Shown: positions 1 to 12,183, counted from the first letter of the stretch. The stretch is DNA of 64,000 bases from Mobula hypostoma (GCF_963921235.1 NC_086097.1:184080001-184144000), one strand, 5' to 3'. Program-made: numbers and translations. The notes: generated from the letters alone by a model not told the origin.

Positions 1-2140
1 CACATACTGAACACATCCTTGCCAGAAAACAACTTATCCCAATCCACTCTTCCTAGATCCTTTCTCTTCCTCAAAATTGGCCCTTCTCCAATTTAGAACT
101 TTAACTCGAGGACCAGACCTATCCTTGTCGATAATTAACTTGAAACTAATGACATTATGATCACTGGACCCAGAATGTTCGCCTACACATACTTCTGTCA
201 TCTGACCTGTCTGGTTCCCTCATAGGAAATCAAGTATTGCATCCTCTCTCGCTGGTACCTCGATATATTGATTTAGAAAACTTTCCTGAACACATTTGAC
301 AAACTCTACACCACCTAACCCTTTCACAGTGTGGGAGTCCCAGTCAATATGTGGAAAGTTAAAATCCCCTACTATTACAACTTTGTTTCTTACATCAGTC
401 TGCTATCTCTCTACAGATCTGCTCCTCCAATTCCCTGACTATTGAGAGGTCTATAATACAACCCTATTAGTGTGGTCACACCTTTCCTGTTCCTCAGCTC
501 CACCTATATGGCCTCTGTAGACAAGCCCTCCGGGCTGTCCTGTCTACACACAGCAGTGATATTCTCCATGACTAGTAATGCCACTCCTCCCCTTTCATCC
601 CTCCACCTCTATCACGTCTGAAACAACGGAACCCCGGAACATTAAACTGCCAGTCCTGCCCCTCCTGCAACCAAGTCTCACTAATAGCAATAATGTCATA
701 ATCCCACGTGTCAATCCATGCCCTAAGCTCTTCTGCCTTACCTACAATACTCCTTGCATTGAAATAGATGCACCTGAGAAAATTTCTATCACGTACAAAC
801 CTTTGATTTCTGTCTATACATGCAGTCCTCACATGACCTTTATCCTCCCCCACTTCACTATCTGCTCTAACACTCTGGTTCCCCTCCCCTTGCAAATCTT
901 GTTTAAACCCTCCTGAGCAGAACTAGCAAACCTACCCACAAGGATGTTAGTCCCCCTCCAGTTCAGGTGCAAACCATCCCATTGGAAGAGGTCCCACCTT
1001 CCCTGGAACAAAGCCCAATTGTCCAGAAACATGAAGCCCTCCCTCCTGCATCATCTCCTTAGCCACGTATTTAGCTGCGTTATCTAGCCTCACTAGCACA
1101 TGGCACAGGTAGCAATCCTGAGACTGCAACCCTAGAGATCCTGTCCTTCAACTTGGCACCTAATTCCCTATACAGGACCTCTTCCTCCTTCCTATCCACA
1201 TCATTGGTTCCTACATGGACCACGACATCTGGTTGCTCACCCTCCCTCTTGAGAATACTGAGAACTCAGTCCGAGATATTGCGGACCCTGGCACCAGGGA
1301 GGCAACAGACCATCCGGGATTCTCCATCTCTTCCACAGAACCTCTCATCTGTCCCCCTAACTACCGAAACCCCTATCACTACTGCTCTCCTCTCTTCCCT
1401 CCTTCCTTTCTGAGCTGAGGGTCCAGTCTTGGTGCCAGAGATGTGACCACTACAACTTGTCCATGGTAGTTCATCCCCACCAACAGTAACCAAAACGGTG
1501 TACTTATTATTGATGGGAACGGCCACAGGGGTGCTCTGCTCATTCTGTCTATTCCCCTTCCCTCTCCTGACAGTCACCCAGCTACCTGCCTCCTGACTTT
1601 TAGGGGTGACTATCTCCCTGAAACTCCTGTCTATTTCTGCCTCTGCCTCACAAATGATCCAAAGTTCATCCAGCTCCAGCTCCAGTTCCCTAACTCAGTT
1701 TGTCAGGAGCTGCAGCTGGATACTCCTTTTACAGGTGTAGTCAACAGGGACAATTGTGCTGTCCCTGACTTCCCACATACTGCATACAGAGCACTCGACT
1801 GTCCTAACTGCTGCCTCTATTACCTACTCCCAAATTAGTTAAATTAATTAAAGGAACTTACCCAGCCTTACCTTGCTGGGAGCAAGCTCATCCTCAGCGT
1901 CTGCTCACCAAAACCTCAAAGCTCTACTCACACACTGCCTACTTCTCTTCTTTCTCTTTTTATTTGTCCCTGCCAATTCTCTCAAGTACTCACTCCCTCT
2001 AGTCAACTAATCAACACTCTGTTTAACCCTTCAGTTGCCCTCCATGCTCCTTTTTAAAGCACACTCACCTGAGCTGCTGCCCGGCACCCAGCTCTCTCCC
2101 GAGCCCCTCGCTCCTCCTCCTGCTGCCACCGTTCCTCGAG
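1..2140 (-). mobile_element. CR1 LINE 5' portion (5'UTR, ORF1 Zn-finger/coiled-coil/SGNH esterase, ORF2 APE), degenerate; runs off window start
   Basis: Minus translations: VECSVCSMW..YTC..RELELELDEL (~1810-1660), RRAVVIG..VRGTD..MVCCLPGARV, DGLHLNWRGTNIL, then YFNARS..ISETW (572-895); frameshifts and stops present. Confidence 0.9.
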
Positions 2141-2495
2141 CACCTTTCTTCCGCCTCCCTCCCTTCTTAAAGAGTGATGTGACATTTGCAATTTTCCAGT
2201 CCTCCAGAACCATTTCAGGATTTAGTGATTCTTGGAAGATCATTACTAATGCATCCACAATCTCTTCAACTACTTCTTTCAGAACCGTGGAGTGTAGTCC
2301 ATCTATTCCAGATGACTTATCTACGGTATGTTCAGATCTTTCAGCTTCCCAAGCACCTTCTCCTTAGTAATAGCAACTACATTCACCTCTGCCCCCTTGA
2401 CAGTCTCGAATTTCTGGCATACTGCTAGTGTAGTCCAAAGTACAGGATGATGCAAAATACTTACAAGTTCGTCCACCATTTTTTTGTCCACCGTC
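2141..2495 (-). mobile_element. Older CR1 ORF2 fragment abutting the element at 1-2140
   Basis: DALVMIFQESL..EDWKIANVTSLFKKGGR. Confidence 0.8.
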
Positions 2496-2754
2496 ACTTT
2501 CCAGGAATTGGGCTGTTTACTATTGTACGAACAAAATATAATACCCTTGGAATTAATGGAAATTTTCCAATTAGAGTGGGAAGAAGAAAGAACAAGTGAG
2601 TCATGCACGTAGAAAGAAATCTGTATATTAGTTGTTTATCCAGGTATTTGGGATTCATGATGGTTGGAAGCTAGTTAAGAGAAAAACAGACTGAATTAGC
2701 CCGACGCATGAATGTTGGTAGCTGGGTAGAGCCCTCTTAACCATTAAACACCTC

Positions 2755-2930
2755 TACATGAAACGTTGCCGTAGAAGGGCAGCATCCATCATCAAAGATT
2801 CTCACCACCCAGGCCATACACTTATCTCACTGCTGCCATCAGGCAAAAGGTACAAGTGCCTCAGGACTTGTGCCACCAGGTTCAAAAACAGTTACAACCC
2901 CTCAATCATCTGGCTCTTGAACAATAAGGG
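2755..2930 (+). mobile_element. Rex1/Babar-like LINE 3' fragment
   Basis: Similar to the 3' ends of 5623-6610 and 25245-26015 (RRAASIIKDSHHPGHTLISLLPSGKRY). Confidence 0.7.
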
Positions 2931-4161
2931 CCAGTAGGCTAGACAAGGGAGATGCAGTGGATGTGGTGTATTTAGATTTTCAGAAGGCCTTTGACAAGGT
3001 GCCACACATGAGGCTACTTAACAAGATAAGAGCCCATGGAATTACAGGAAAGTTACATACGTGGATAGAGCATTGGCTGAGCAGGAAACAGGGAGTGGGA
3101 ATAAAGGGATCCTATTCTGGTTGGCTGCCGGTTACCAGTGGTGTTCCACAGGGGTCAGTGTTGGGGCTGCTTCTTTTTACATTGTACATCAACGATTTGG
3201 ATTATGGAATAGATGGCTTTGTGGCTAAGTTTGCTGACGATACGAAGATAGGTGGAGGGGCTGGTAGTGCTGAGGAAACGGAGAGTCTGCAGAGAGACTT
3301 GGATAGATTGGAAGAATGGGCAGAGAAATGGCAAATGAAGTACAATGTTGGAAAGTGTATGGTTATGCACTTTGGCAGAAAAAATAAATGGGCAGGCTAT
3401 TATTTAAATGGGGAAAGAATTCAAAGTTCTGAGATGCAACGGGACTTGGGAATCCTCGTACAGGATACCCTTAAGGTTAACCTCCAGGTTGAGTCGGTAG
3501 TGAAGAAGGCGAATGCAATGTTGGCATTCATTTCTAGAGGAATAGAGTATAGGAGCAGGGATGTGATGTTGAGGCTCTATAAGGCACTGATGAGACCTCA
3601 CTTGGAGTACTGTGGGCAGTTTTGGTCTCCTTATTTAAGAAAGGATATGCTGACGTTGGAGAGGGTACAGAGAAGATTCACTAGAATGATTCCGGGAATG
3701 AGAGGGTTAACATATGAGGAACGTTTGTCCACTCTTGGACTGTATTCCTTGGAGTTTAGAAGAATGAGGGGAGACCTCATAGAAACATTTCGAATGTTAA
3801 AAGGCATGGACAGAGTGGATGTGGCAAAGTTGTTTCCCATGATGGGGGAGTCTAGTACGAGAGGGCATGACTTAAGGATTGAAGGGCGCCCATTCAGAAC
3901 AGAAATGCGAAGAAATTTTTTTTAGTCAGAGGGTGGTGAATCTATGGAATTTGTTGCCACGGGCAGCAGTGGAGGCCAAGTCATTGGGTGTCTTTAAGGC
4001 AGAGATTGATAGGTATCTGAGTAGCCAGGGCATCAAAGGTTATGGTGAGAAGGCAGGGGAGTGGGACTAAATAGGAGAATGGATCAGCTCATGATAAAAT
4101 GGCAGAGCAGACTCGATGGGCCGAATGGTCTACTTCTGCTCCTTTGTCTTATGGTCTTATG
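2931..4161 (+). mobile_element. 5'-truncated young CR1 (RT C-half and 3'UTR), same family as 8558-12183
   Basis: YLDFQKAFDKV, GVPQGSVLG, FADD; near-identical to 10941-12183; TCTTATGG tail; frameshift near 3920. Confidence 0.95.
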
Positions 4162-5252
4162 GAACTCCCTTGCCTAGAAATTGAATGTTACCTGTTTAGG
4201 AATGTTAAACTGTCGGTTCATGGTGACCCACTGAATGTTTTGTTATTCCCTACTGCAGACTTCAGTAACAGGCCTTCGACTTGTTAAGTGCACTTCAGCA
4301 TGGTGCACGCAAAGGCAATTAGGTAACCACAGGAACCGATCCAAGGGACTGAGAGAATAGTGAGTTTGTGGGGGTGAGAGGCCATTAAGGGATTGGACAT
4401 GAGAGTGCTGGATCAATATCATGGGGGCCAGACTGACAGATGTGGGAGAGATTAGGGAAAGGGAGAGCTGCCTGGCATCAATTGTGGGATAGGGGTGGGG
4501 TGTCCATGGTTGGAGGGAACAGATGGTCAGCAGATCATTAAATGAGATATTGGGCAGGACTGGTGAACTGGAAGTGGTGGGTCACTAATAGCGTGTGTGT
4601 GGGGGGGGGAGGGGTGAATGATGGGGGTCTGTGAAAGGTGTCTGTGGCCAGCTTGCCTTTGTACAACTTGCAATAATTCTTTTGTTTTCCTTTTTTCTTG
4701 TCTGAAATTCAATCTCAGAACACAGGTAAATGCTATGATTCAGATCTAGTCATGCATTTCACAACACAATTGATTTCATCTAAATAAATATTAAAACAAG
4801 ATGTTCCCATGTCCACAAATATTTAAACATATACAGTATACGCTATGGGCACTATTTTCTCATTTTGCTCTAATACATTTACTATATGAACTAGGCATTT
4901 TTATTGGTATTAGTTTATTATTGTCAGAAGTACCGAGATACTGTAAAAAGCTTTTGTTTATGTGCCATTTGTTCTTGCAGTGAGGCAGTGAGCAGTTCCC
5001 TCAGCTGCCTTCCACCACTGACCCTGGCCTGAGGCACGGAGTACAAGGGATTTACAGTCAGGCTCTAGTGCCTTTAAATCTTCCAATCTTAAAGTCTTGG
5101 GCAAGCTGGATTCCTCCACAGACACTGCTTATTTAAACAAGCACAAGTTCTGGAAAGTGCTTAATGGAAACATTTCCCTGTATCTTGTAATTTTTTTTAT
5201 TATAAACATATCTTGTAAGTATGTCACTAATTTATTATTTTGTTCTGCAAAG

Positions 5253-5300
5253 GACATGTATGACACTGATAATGAGGCACTTACATTCCAGAATGCCAAG
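5253..5300 (+). CDS. Putative internal coding exon of unidentified host gene A (DMYDTDNEALTFQNAK)
   Basis: Branch-like CACTAAT, pyrimidine tract and AG at 5251-5252; donor AAG|GTGGGT; 48 bp, phase 0/0, non-repetitive. Confidence 0.6.
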
Positions 5301-5622
5301 GTGGGTTTTGAACTTATGTCCCTGGATGAATAATGTAGATCTCTTCAGATGAGTTTAGTAACTTAAAATATTACAATTCCATATTGAGCATAGTGTACGC
5401 ATTAATCACCATTACTTAGAACATTAAATACAGTACAACAATGCAAGCAACAAGTTGTGTAAACGGGCAAAAAAGTTGGCATGTACGTTGTGGGCTGAGT
5501 GTCTGCTTCTTTTTTTTGTGTGGCTCCATGATGTATGAGTTCTCCCTCTTTTAGCAGCTTTCTGAGTAGTTGCTGGCATCCTCTGTAGAATTCAGCAACT
5601 TGGAAGAACCCTAGAAAGTTCA

Positions 5623-6610
5623 GAATCAGACTCAGGTTTATTATCAACGGTATGTGTCGTGAAATTTGTTAAGTTAGCAGTTCAATGCAATACATAATAA
5701 AAAATAATAATAATAATAAATAAGTAAATAAATCAATTACAGTATACATATGTCGAATAGATTAAAAATCGTGCAAGACAGAAGTAATATATATTAAAAA
5801 AGTGAGATAGTGTTCACGGGTTCAATGTCCATTTAGGAATTGGATGGCAGAGGGGAAGAAACGGTTTCTGGATCGCTGAGTGTGTGTCTTCAGGCTTCTG
5901 TACCTCCTACCTGATGGTAACAGTGAGAAAAGGGCATGCCCTGGGTGCTGGAGGTCCTTAACAATAGATGCTGCTTTTCTGAGACACCGCTCCTTAAAGA
6001 TGTCCTGGGTACTTTGTAGACTAGTACCCAAGATGGAGCCGACTAAATTAACAACCCTCTGCAGCTTCTTTCGGTCCTGTGCAGTAGTTCCTCCCCACCC
6101 TTCCCGCCCACCAGACAGTGATGCAGCCTGTCAGAATGCTCTCTATGTTACATCTATAGAAGTTTTTGAATGTATTTGTTGACATACCAAATCTCTTCAA
6201 ACTCCTAATGAAGTATAGCTGCTGTCTTGCCTTCTTTATAACTACATTGATATGTTGGGACCAGGTTAGGTCCTCAGAGATCTTGACACCCAGGAACTTG
6301 AAACTGCTCACTCTCTGCTCTTCTGACCCCTCTATGACGATTGGTATGTATCTCTTCATCTTACCCTTCCTGAAGTCCACAATCAGCTCTTTCGTTTTAC
6401 TGACATTGAATGCCAGGTTGTTGCTGTGACACCACTCCACTAGTTGGCATATCTCACTCCTTTACGTCCTCTCATCAGCACCTGAGATTCTACCAGCAAA
6501 GGTTGTATCATCAGCAAATTTATAGATGTTATTTGAGCTATGCCTAGCCGCACAGTCATGGGTATATAGACACACACCCCTGAGGTGTGCTGGTGTTTAT
6601 CGTCAGTGAC
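5623..6610 (-). mobile_element. 5'-truncated Rex1/Babar-like LINE
   Basis: WCHSNNLAFNVSKTKELIVDFRK, KKARQQLYFIRSLKRFGM, NFYRCNIESILTGCITVW; AATAAA and short-repeat tail near 5625-5643. Confidence 0.85.
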
Positions 6611-6874
6611 ACTATAGCATAATCTTAGCAATAGTCACCAGAATTCACAGCAGTTAGTGTGCGCGCTGTGGATGACTTCCTGCTGCTGATTAAGGAGAAA
6701 TTATTAAACAAGTAGTGACTTCACCTTGCACTCTGATGAAAAGCTGAGTTCCATGAAGGGTTTTGAGAAACAAAATTACAAAGGGCTCTATGTTGTTTAT
6801 TTAACACAATGCCATTCAATCAGATAATTCCAAATTTTCCCTTCATCAATTCTCAACAGCATTAGGAAAAATTT

Positions 6875-7050
6875 GATTAGCTTTATTTGTCACCTGTAAT
6901 TCAAGATATTGAAACATACAGTGAAATGGATGTGTTAACAACAAACGCAGTCCGAAGAAATGCTGAGGACAGCCTGCAAGTGTTTCCACAAAGTATGCCC
7001 ACGGCTTACTAACTCATGCACCTTTGGAATGAGGGAGGAAACCAGAGCAG
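6875..7050 (-). mobile_element. V-SINE fragment
   Basis: Reverse-complement similarity to 28511-28830, including the V-domain motif (ggaggaaaccagagc on +). Confidence 0.65.
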
Positions 7051-8066
7051 CTATCATGCTGCCCTATCTGAGGGCATATATCTGAAGGGATGTATCTGAG
7101 TCACAGAATGCGCAGATCAGTATTAAGAAAACAGGCTGTCACAGTGCTTTAATAACTTAAGGAATCATGCCCGAACAGATTGCAAGCCAACAGTTGGAAC
7201 ATAATCTTAGGTAAATCCTCTTTATTTGGTCTGATTACCAGCTTCCCTCCTGATGCCGTAACCACTTCAATTTCAAAAGAGCAACTTACCTACACAATCC
7301 ATCTGCACCATCGCAGGGTCCTCAGACACAGGTTCCTCCTTGACCACTCCTGTCATCGAGACTAATTGCAAGACCAATTGACTACTGGCCACATACCAGT
7401 TCTACCATTAATAACAACCTGCAGTTATCAATATTACTTGCTAGAAACTCTACCTAGGTTATCAACTAACAGTTAACTTACCTTTAAATTTAAAACCTAT
7501 TCTACGCTGTCCCAGCTAGCAATTCTACCATCTACTGTTCCCAGTCAGCTGGGAAATCCATTACTTCTGTTTCTCTATCACTGGCAAATCCTAATCCTAA
7601 CCTAAGCACAGCCCTGGCTCCATCCCCAACAGAGCAAAACTTAAGAGGCATTTAGACAGAAAAATGAACTGGCAAGGATTGAGGAATATGGGGCCATGAG
7701 CAGGCAGATGATATTAATTTAAACTGGCATCATGGTTGGTCTGTTTTGTGTTGTTTTATGTTCTATTTCAGTCCCAAAGGGACTTTTCTTTGAAGCTTTG
7801 TCAAGTGTATGAGTTCCATCCAAAAGAACACAGTGCAGTAGACCTCATGCTCAATTGAATTCTCCAGAACCGACTCTGACAAAATGCATTGGCTGAAGAC
7901 AAAATATCAGAGTAACATACCTTTAGAAGGTCCAACCTATTTCTAGGTAATGATTATTTTTAAAGTGGCTGGTAACCAGATCCAAGTGCTTTTTTAAAAA
8001 AAAATTATGCAAAGACAATTGTAATAAGATTTTAACTTTGTGCTTATGCTTTTTTCTTATGTTCAG

Positions 8067-8171
8067 GTTTTTCTGGACTGCGAAATGCCCATCTGCAAGT
8101 GTCGGCTGTCTACTTGGTGTCAGGCCTACTCAATTAATGAACAGCACCCCTCTTCTCACAGGACTTTCCAG
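8067..8171 (+). CDS. Putative coding exon of host gene A (VFLDCEMPICKCRLSTWCQAYSINEQHPSSHRTFQ)
   Basis: Strong acceptor tttttcttatgttcAG; 105 bp in frame with flanking exons; donor would be non-canonical CAG|GCAAAC. Confidence 0.55.
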
Positions 8172-8289
8172 GCAAACAAAGGAACTGAGGCATCTGTTAT
8201 GTTACCTTGTTCTTTCCCAATATCCGCAGAGTGAAGCAATCCTTCCAGGTGAAACAATTTGCATAGTGAGTTGCATTTAGTGCTAAAAA

Positions 8290-8508
8290 TGTGATCTCCT
8301 CTGCATTAGAGAAACCAAGTACAGATTGAGTGACTGCTTTGCAAAACAACATTCTTCAGTTGACAAGGACAACTTTGAGCTTCCAGCTGCCTATCACCTT
8401 AACTGACCACCCCACTCTGTCCTCCTTGTCTTTGACTGCCCACATTGCTCCATTGATGTACAATTTGAGCACCTAATCTTACATCTGGGTCATTTGCACC
8501 CATTGCGC
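8290..8508 (+). mobile_element. Penelope-like GIY-YIG endonuclease relic
   Basis: ETKYRLSDCFAKQ..LPAAYHLN..HS..EHLILHLGHLHPL resembles the PLE C-terminus GETKRRLxDRFAEH..HFN..EQHLIFRLGTLxP. Confidence 0.65.
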
Positions 8509-8561
8509 TTTACATAGAACACAGAACAGTACTAAATACAAAAAAGGTCAACCATGCTGTT

Positions 8562-9098
8562 GTGCAGGAGAGAAGGAGGGTGAAGAGAAATGCGGTAGTC
8601 GTGGGAGATTCCATAGTCAGGGGAACAGACAAGAGATTCTGTGAGCCTGACAGAGATACCCGCATGGTGTGTTGCCTCCCAGGTGCCAGGGTACGGGATG
8701 TCTCGGATCGGGTCCTGAATATTCTAAAGGGGGAGGGTGAGCAGCCATTTGTCTTGGTACATGTTGGTACCAATGACATAGATAGGACAAAGGAGGAGGT
8801 CCTGAAGAGAGATTTCCAGGAGTTAGGAAGGAAGCTGAGAAGCCGGACCTCCAGGGTAGTAATCTCAGGATTGCTACCTGTGCCACGTGCTAGCGAGGGC
8901 AAGAGTAGTCGGATCAGGCAGATGGATGCCTGGCTGAGAGACTGGTGTAGGGGGCAGGGCTTCAGATTCTTGGATAATTGGGATCTCTTCTGGGGGAAGT
9001 ATGACCTGTTCAAAAAGGACAGGTTACACCTGAACCCGAAGGGGACCAATATCCTGGAGGGAAAGTTTAATAGAGCTGTTAGGGAGGGTTTAAACTAA
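8562..9098 (+). CDS. CR1 ORF1 SGNH esterase domain (5'-truncated)
   Basis: VVGDSIVRG, PGARV, HVGTND, DRLHLN motifs; ends EGLN-stop. Confidence 0.9.
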   Translation: MQERRRVKRNAVVVGDSIVRGTDKRFCEPDRDTRMVCCLPGARVRDVSDRVLNILKGEGEQPFVLVHVGTNDIDRTKEEVLKRDFQELGRKLRSRTSRVVISGLLPVPRASEGKSSRIRQMDAWLRDWCRGQGFRFLDNWDLFWGKYDLFKKDRLHLNPKGTNILEGKFNRAVREGLN

Positions 9099-9166
9099 TT
9101 TGGCAGGGGGATGAGAACCGGAATGATAGAGCGGAGGAAGGGGAAAACAGAAATAAATCTAAGATA

Positions 9167-12082
9167 GTGAGCAGTAAAGACGTCAGGAAAGACAGGCAGG
9201 TGACGGGGCAAATGTGTAGCCATTGGGATGAGTTGCAGTGCAATAACATTGCAGTGAAATCAAAGCAAAAAGTATCAAATACTGGTCTTAAGGTGTTGTA
9301 CTTAAATGCACGCAGCATAAGAAATAAGGTGGATGATCTTGTTGTACAGCTACAGATTGGCAGGTATGATATTGTGGCCATCACTGAGACCTGGCGAAAG
9401 GATGCATGTCTCTGGGAGCTGAACGTCCAAGGATACATGGTGTATCGGAAGGATAGGAAGGTAGGCAGAGGGGCAGGCGTGGCTTTATTGGTAAGAAATC
9501 ATATTAAATCATTAGAAAGAGGTGATGTAGGATCGGAAGGTGCAGAATCTTTATGGGTTGAGCTAAGGAATAGCAGGGGTAAAAGGACCCTGATGGCAGT
9601 TATTTATAGGCCTCCAAACAGCTGCAGGGATGTGGACTACAAATTACAACTGGAAATAGAAAAGGCTTGTCAGAAGGGCAGTGTTATGATAATTGTGGGG
9701 GATTTTAACATGCAAGTGGATTCGGAAAATCAGTTCGGCACTGGATCTCAAGAGAGAGAATTTGTAGAACGTCTGCGAGATGGCTTTTTAGAACAGCTTG
9801 TTGTTGAGCCCATTAGGGGATCGGCTGTACTGGATTGGGTATTGTGTAATGAACCGGAGGTGATTGGAGAGATTGAGGTGAAAGAACCCTTAGGAGGCAG
9901 TGATCATAACATGATTGAGTTCACTGTGAAATTTGAAAAAGAGAAGCCGAAATCTGATGTGTCGGTGTTTCAGTGGAGTAAAGGAAACTACAGTGGCATG
10001 AGAGAGGAACTGGCCAAAGTTGACTGGAAAGAGACACTGGCGGGAAAGACGGCAGAGCAGCAGTGGCTGGAGTTTATGCGAGAAATGAGGAATGTGCAAG
10101 ACAGGTATATTCCAAAAAAGAAGAAATTTTCGAGTGGAAAAAGGATGCAACCGTGGTTGACAAGAGAAGTCAAAGCCAAAGTTAAAGCTAAGGAGAGGGC
10201 ATACAAGGAAGCAAAAATTAGTGGGAAGACAGAGGATTGGGAAGTCTTTAAAATCTTACAAAAGGAAACCAAGAAGGTCATTAAGAGAGAAAAGATTAAC
10301 TATGAAAGGAAACTAGCAAATAATATCAAAGAGGATACTAAAAGCTTTTTCAAGTATATAAAGAGTAAAAGACAGGTGAGAGTAGATATAGGACAGATAG
10401 AAAATGATACTGGAGAAACTGTAATGGGAGATGAGGAGATGGCAGAGGAACTGAACAAGTATTTTGCATCAGTCTTCACTGAGGAAGACAGCAGGATACC
10501 GGACACTCAAGGGTGGCAGGGAAGAGAAGTGTGCGCAGTCACAATTACGACAGAGAAAGTACTCAGGAAGCTGAATAGGCTAAAGGTTGATAAATCTCCC
10601 GGACCAGATGGAATGCACCCTTGTGTTCTGAAGGAAGTAGCTGTGGAGATTGCGGAGGCATTAGCGATGATCTTTCAAAAGTCGATAGATTCTGACATGG
10701 TTCCGGAAGACTGGAAGATTGCAAATGTCACTCCGCTATTTAAGAAGGGGGCAAGGAAGCAAAAAGGAAATTATAGACCTGTTAGCTTGACGTCGGTGGT
10801 TGGGAAGTTGTTGGAGTCGATTGTCAAGGATGAGGTTACAGAGTACCTGGAGGCATATGACAAGATAGGCAGAACTCAGCATGGATTCCTTAAAGGAAAA
10901 TCCTGCCTGACAAACCTATTACAATTTTTTGAGGAAATTACCAGTAGGCTAGACAAGGGAGATGCAGTGGATATTGTATATTTGGATTTTCAGAAGGCCT
11001 TTGACAAGGTGCCACACATGAGGCTGCTTAACAAGATAAGAGCCCATGGAATTACAGGAAAGTTACATACGTGGACAGAGTGTTGGCTGATTGGCAGGAA
11101 ACAGAGAGTGGGAATAAAGGGATCCTGTTCTGGTTGGCTGCCGGTTACCAGTGGTGTTCCACAGGGATCAGTGTTGGGGCTGCTTCTTTTTACATTGTAC
11201 ATCAACGATTTGGATTATGGAATAGATGGCTTTGTGGCTAAGTTTGCTGACGATACGAAGATAGGTGGAAGGGCCGGTAGTGCTGAGGAAACGGAGAGTC
11301 TGCAGAGAGACTTGGATAGATTGGAAGAATGGGCAAAGAAGTGGCAAATGAAGTACAATGTTGGAAAGTGTATGGTTATGCACTATGGCAGAAAAAATAA
11401 ATGGGCAGACTATTATTTAAATGGGGAAAGAATTCAAAGTTCTGAGATGCAACGGGACTTGGGAGTCCTCGTACAGGATTCCCTTAAAGTTAACCTCCAG
11501 GTTGAGTCGGTAGTGAAGAAGGCGAATGCAATGTTGGCATTCATTTCTAGAGGAATGGAGTATAGGAGCAGGGATGTGATGTTGAGGCTCTATAAGGCGC
11601 TGGTAAGACCTCACTTGGAGTACTGTGGGCAGTTTTGGTCTCCTTATTTAAGAAAGGATGTGCTGACGTTGGAGAGGGTACAGAGAAGATTCACTAGAAT
11701 GATTCCGGGAATGAGAGGGTTAACATATGAGGAACGTTTGTCCGCTCTTGGACTGTATTCCTTGGAGTTTAGAAGAATGAGGGGAGACCTCATAGAAACA
11801 TTTCGAATGTTAAAAGGCATGGACAGAGTGGATGTGGCAAAGTTGTTTCCCATGCTGGGGGAGTCTAGTACGAGAGGGCATGACTCAAGGATTGAAGGGC
11901 GCGCTTTCAGAACAGAAATGCGAAGAAATTTTTTTAGTCAGAGGGTGGTGAATCTATGGAATTTGTTGCCACGGGCAGCAGTGGAGGCCAAGTCATTGGG
12001 TGTATTTAAGGCAGAGATTGATAGGTATCTGAGTAGCCAGGGCATCAAAGGTTATGGTGAGAAGGCGGGGCAGTGGGACTAA
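9167..12082 (+). CDS. CR1 ORF2 (APE endonuclease + reverse transcriptase), uninterrupted; frame already open at 9086
   Basis: YLNARS, ITETW, GDFN, SDH (APE); NYRPVSL, YLDFQKAFDKV, GVPQGSVLG, FADD (RT). Confidence 0.97.
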   Translation: MSSKDVRKDRQVTGQMCSHWDELQCNNIAVKSKQKVSNTGLKVLYLNARSIRNKVDDLVVQLQIGRYDIVAITETWRKDACLWELNVQGYMVYRKDRKVGRGAGVALLVRNHIKSLERGDVGSEGAESLWVELRNSRGKRTLMAVIYRPPNSCRDVDYKLQLEIEKACQKGSVMIIVGDFNMQVDSENQFGTGSQEREFVERLRDGFLEQLVVEPIRGSAVLDWVLCNEPEVIGEIEVKEPLGGSDHNMIEFTVKFEKEKPKSDVSVFQWSKGNYSGMREELAKVDWKETLAGKTAEQQWLEFMREMRNVQDRYIPKKKKFSSGKRMQPWLTREVKAKVKAKERAYKEAKISGKTEDWEVFKILQKETKKVIKREKINYERKLANNIKEDTKSFFKYIKSKRQVRVDIGQIENDTGETVMGDEEMAEELNKYFASVFTEEDSRIPDTQGWQGREVCAVTITTEKVLRKLNRLKVDKSPGPDGMHPCVLKEVAVEIAEALAMIFQKSIDSDMVPEDWKIANVTPLFKKGARKQKGNYRPVSLTSVVGKLLESIVKDEVTEYLEAYDKIGRTQHGFLKGKSCLTNLLQFFEEITSRLDKGDAVDIVYLDFQKAFDKVPHMRLLNKIRAHGITGKLHTWTECWLIGRKQRVGIKGSCSGWLPVTSGVPQGSVLGLLLFTLYINDLDYGIDGFVAKFADDTKIGGRAGSAEETESLQRDLDRLEEWAKKWQMKYNVGKCMVMHYGRKNKWADYYLNGERIQSSEMQRDLGVLVQDSLKVNLQVESVVKKANAMLAFISRGMEYRSRDVMLRLYKALVRPHLEYCGQFWSPYLRKDVLTLERVQRRFTRMIPGMRGLTYEERLSALGLYSLEFRRMRGDLIETFRMLKGMDRVDVAKLFPMLGESSTRGHDSRIEGRAFRTEMRRNFFSQRVVNLWNLLPRAAVEAKSLGVFKAEIDRYLSSQGIKGYGEKAGQWD

Positions 12083-12183
12083 ATAGGATAAAATGGATCA
12101 GCTCATGATAAAATGGCGGAGCAGACTCGATGGGCTGAATGGCCTACTTCTACTCCTTTGTCTTATGGTCTTATGGTCTTATG

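Larger units (their letters stand above)
8558..12183 (+). mobile_element. Young CR1 LINE, 5'-truncated within ORF1, inserted in the 3'UTR of an older minus-strand CR1
   Basis: Partial ORF1, complete ORF2, 3'UTR stem and TCTTATGG tail; flanks 8513-8557 and 12184-12680 join as one old CR1 3' end. Confidence 0.97.

Noticed and set aside
2031..2367. Pro/Gly-rich ORFs on both strands
   Set aside because: Chimeric read-through across the junction of a CR1 5'UTR and an older CR1 ORF2 fragment.
8510..11853. Antisense ORFs over the CR1
   Set aside because: Shadow frames of ORF1/ORF2 with no recognisable motifs.
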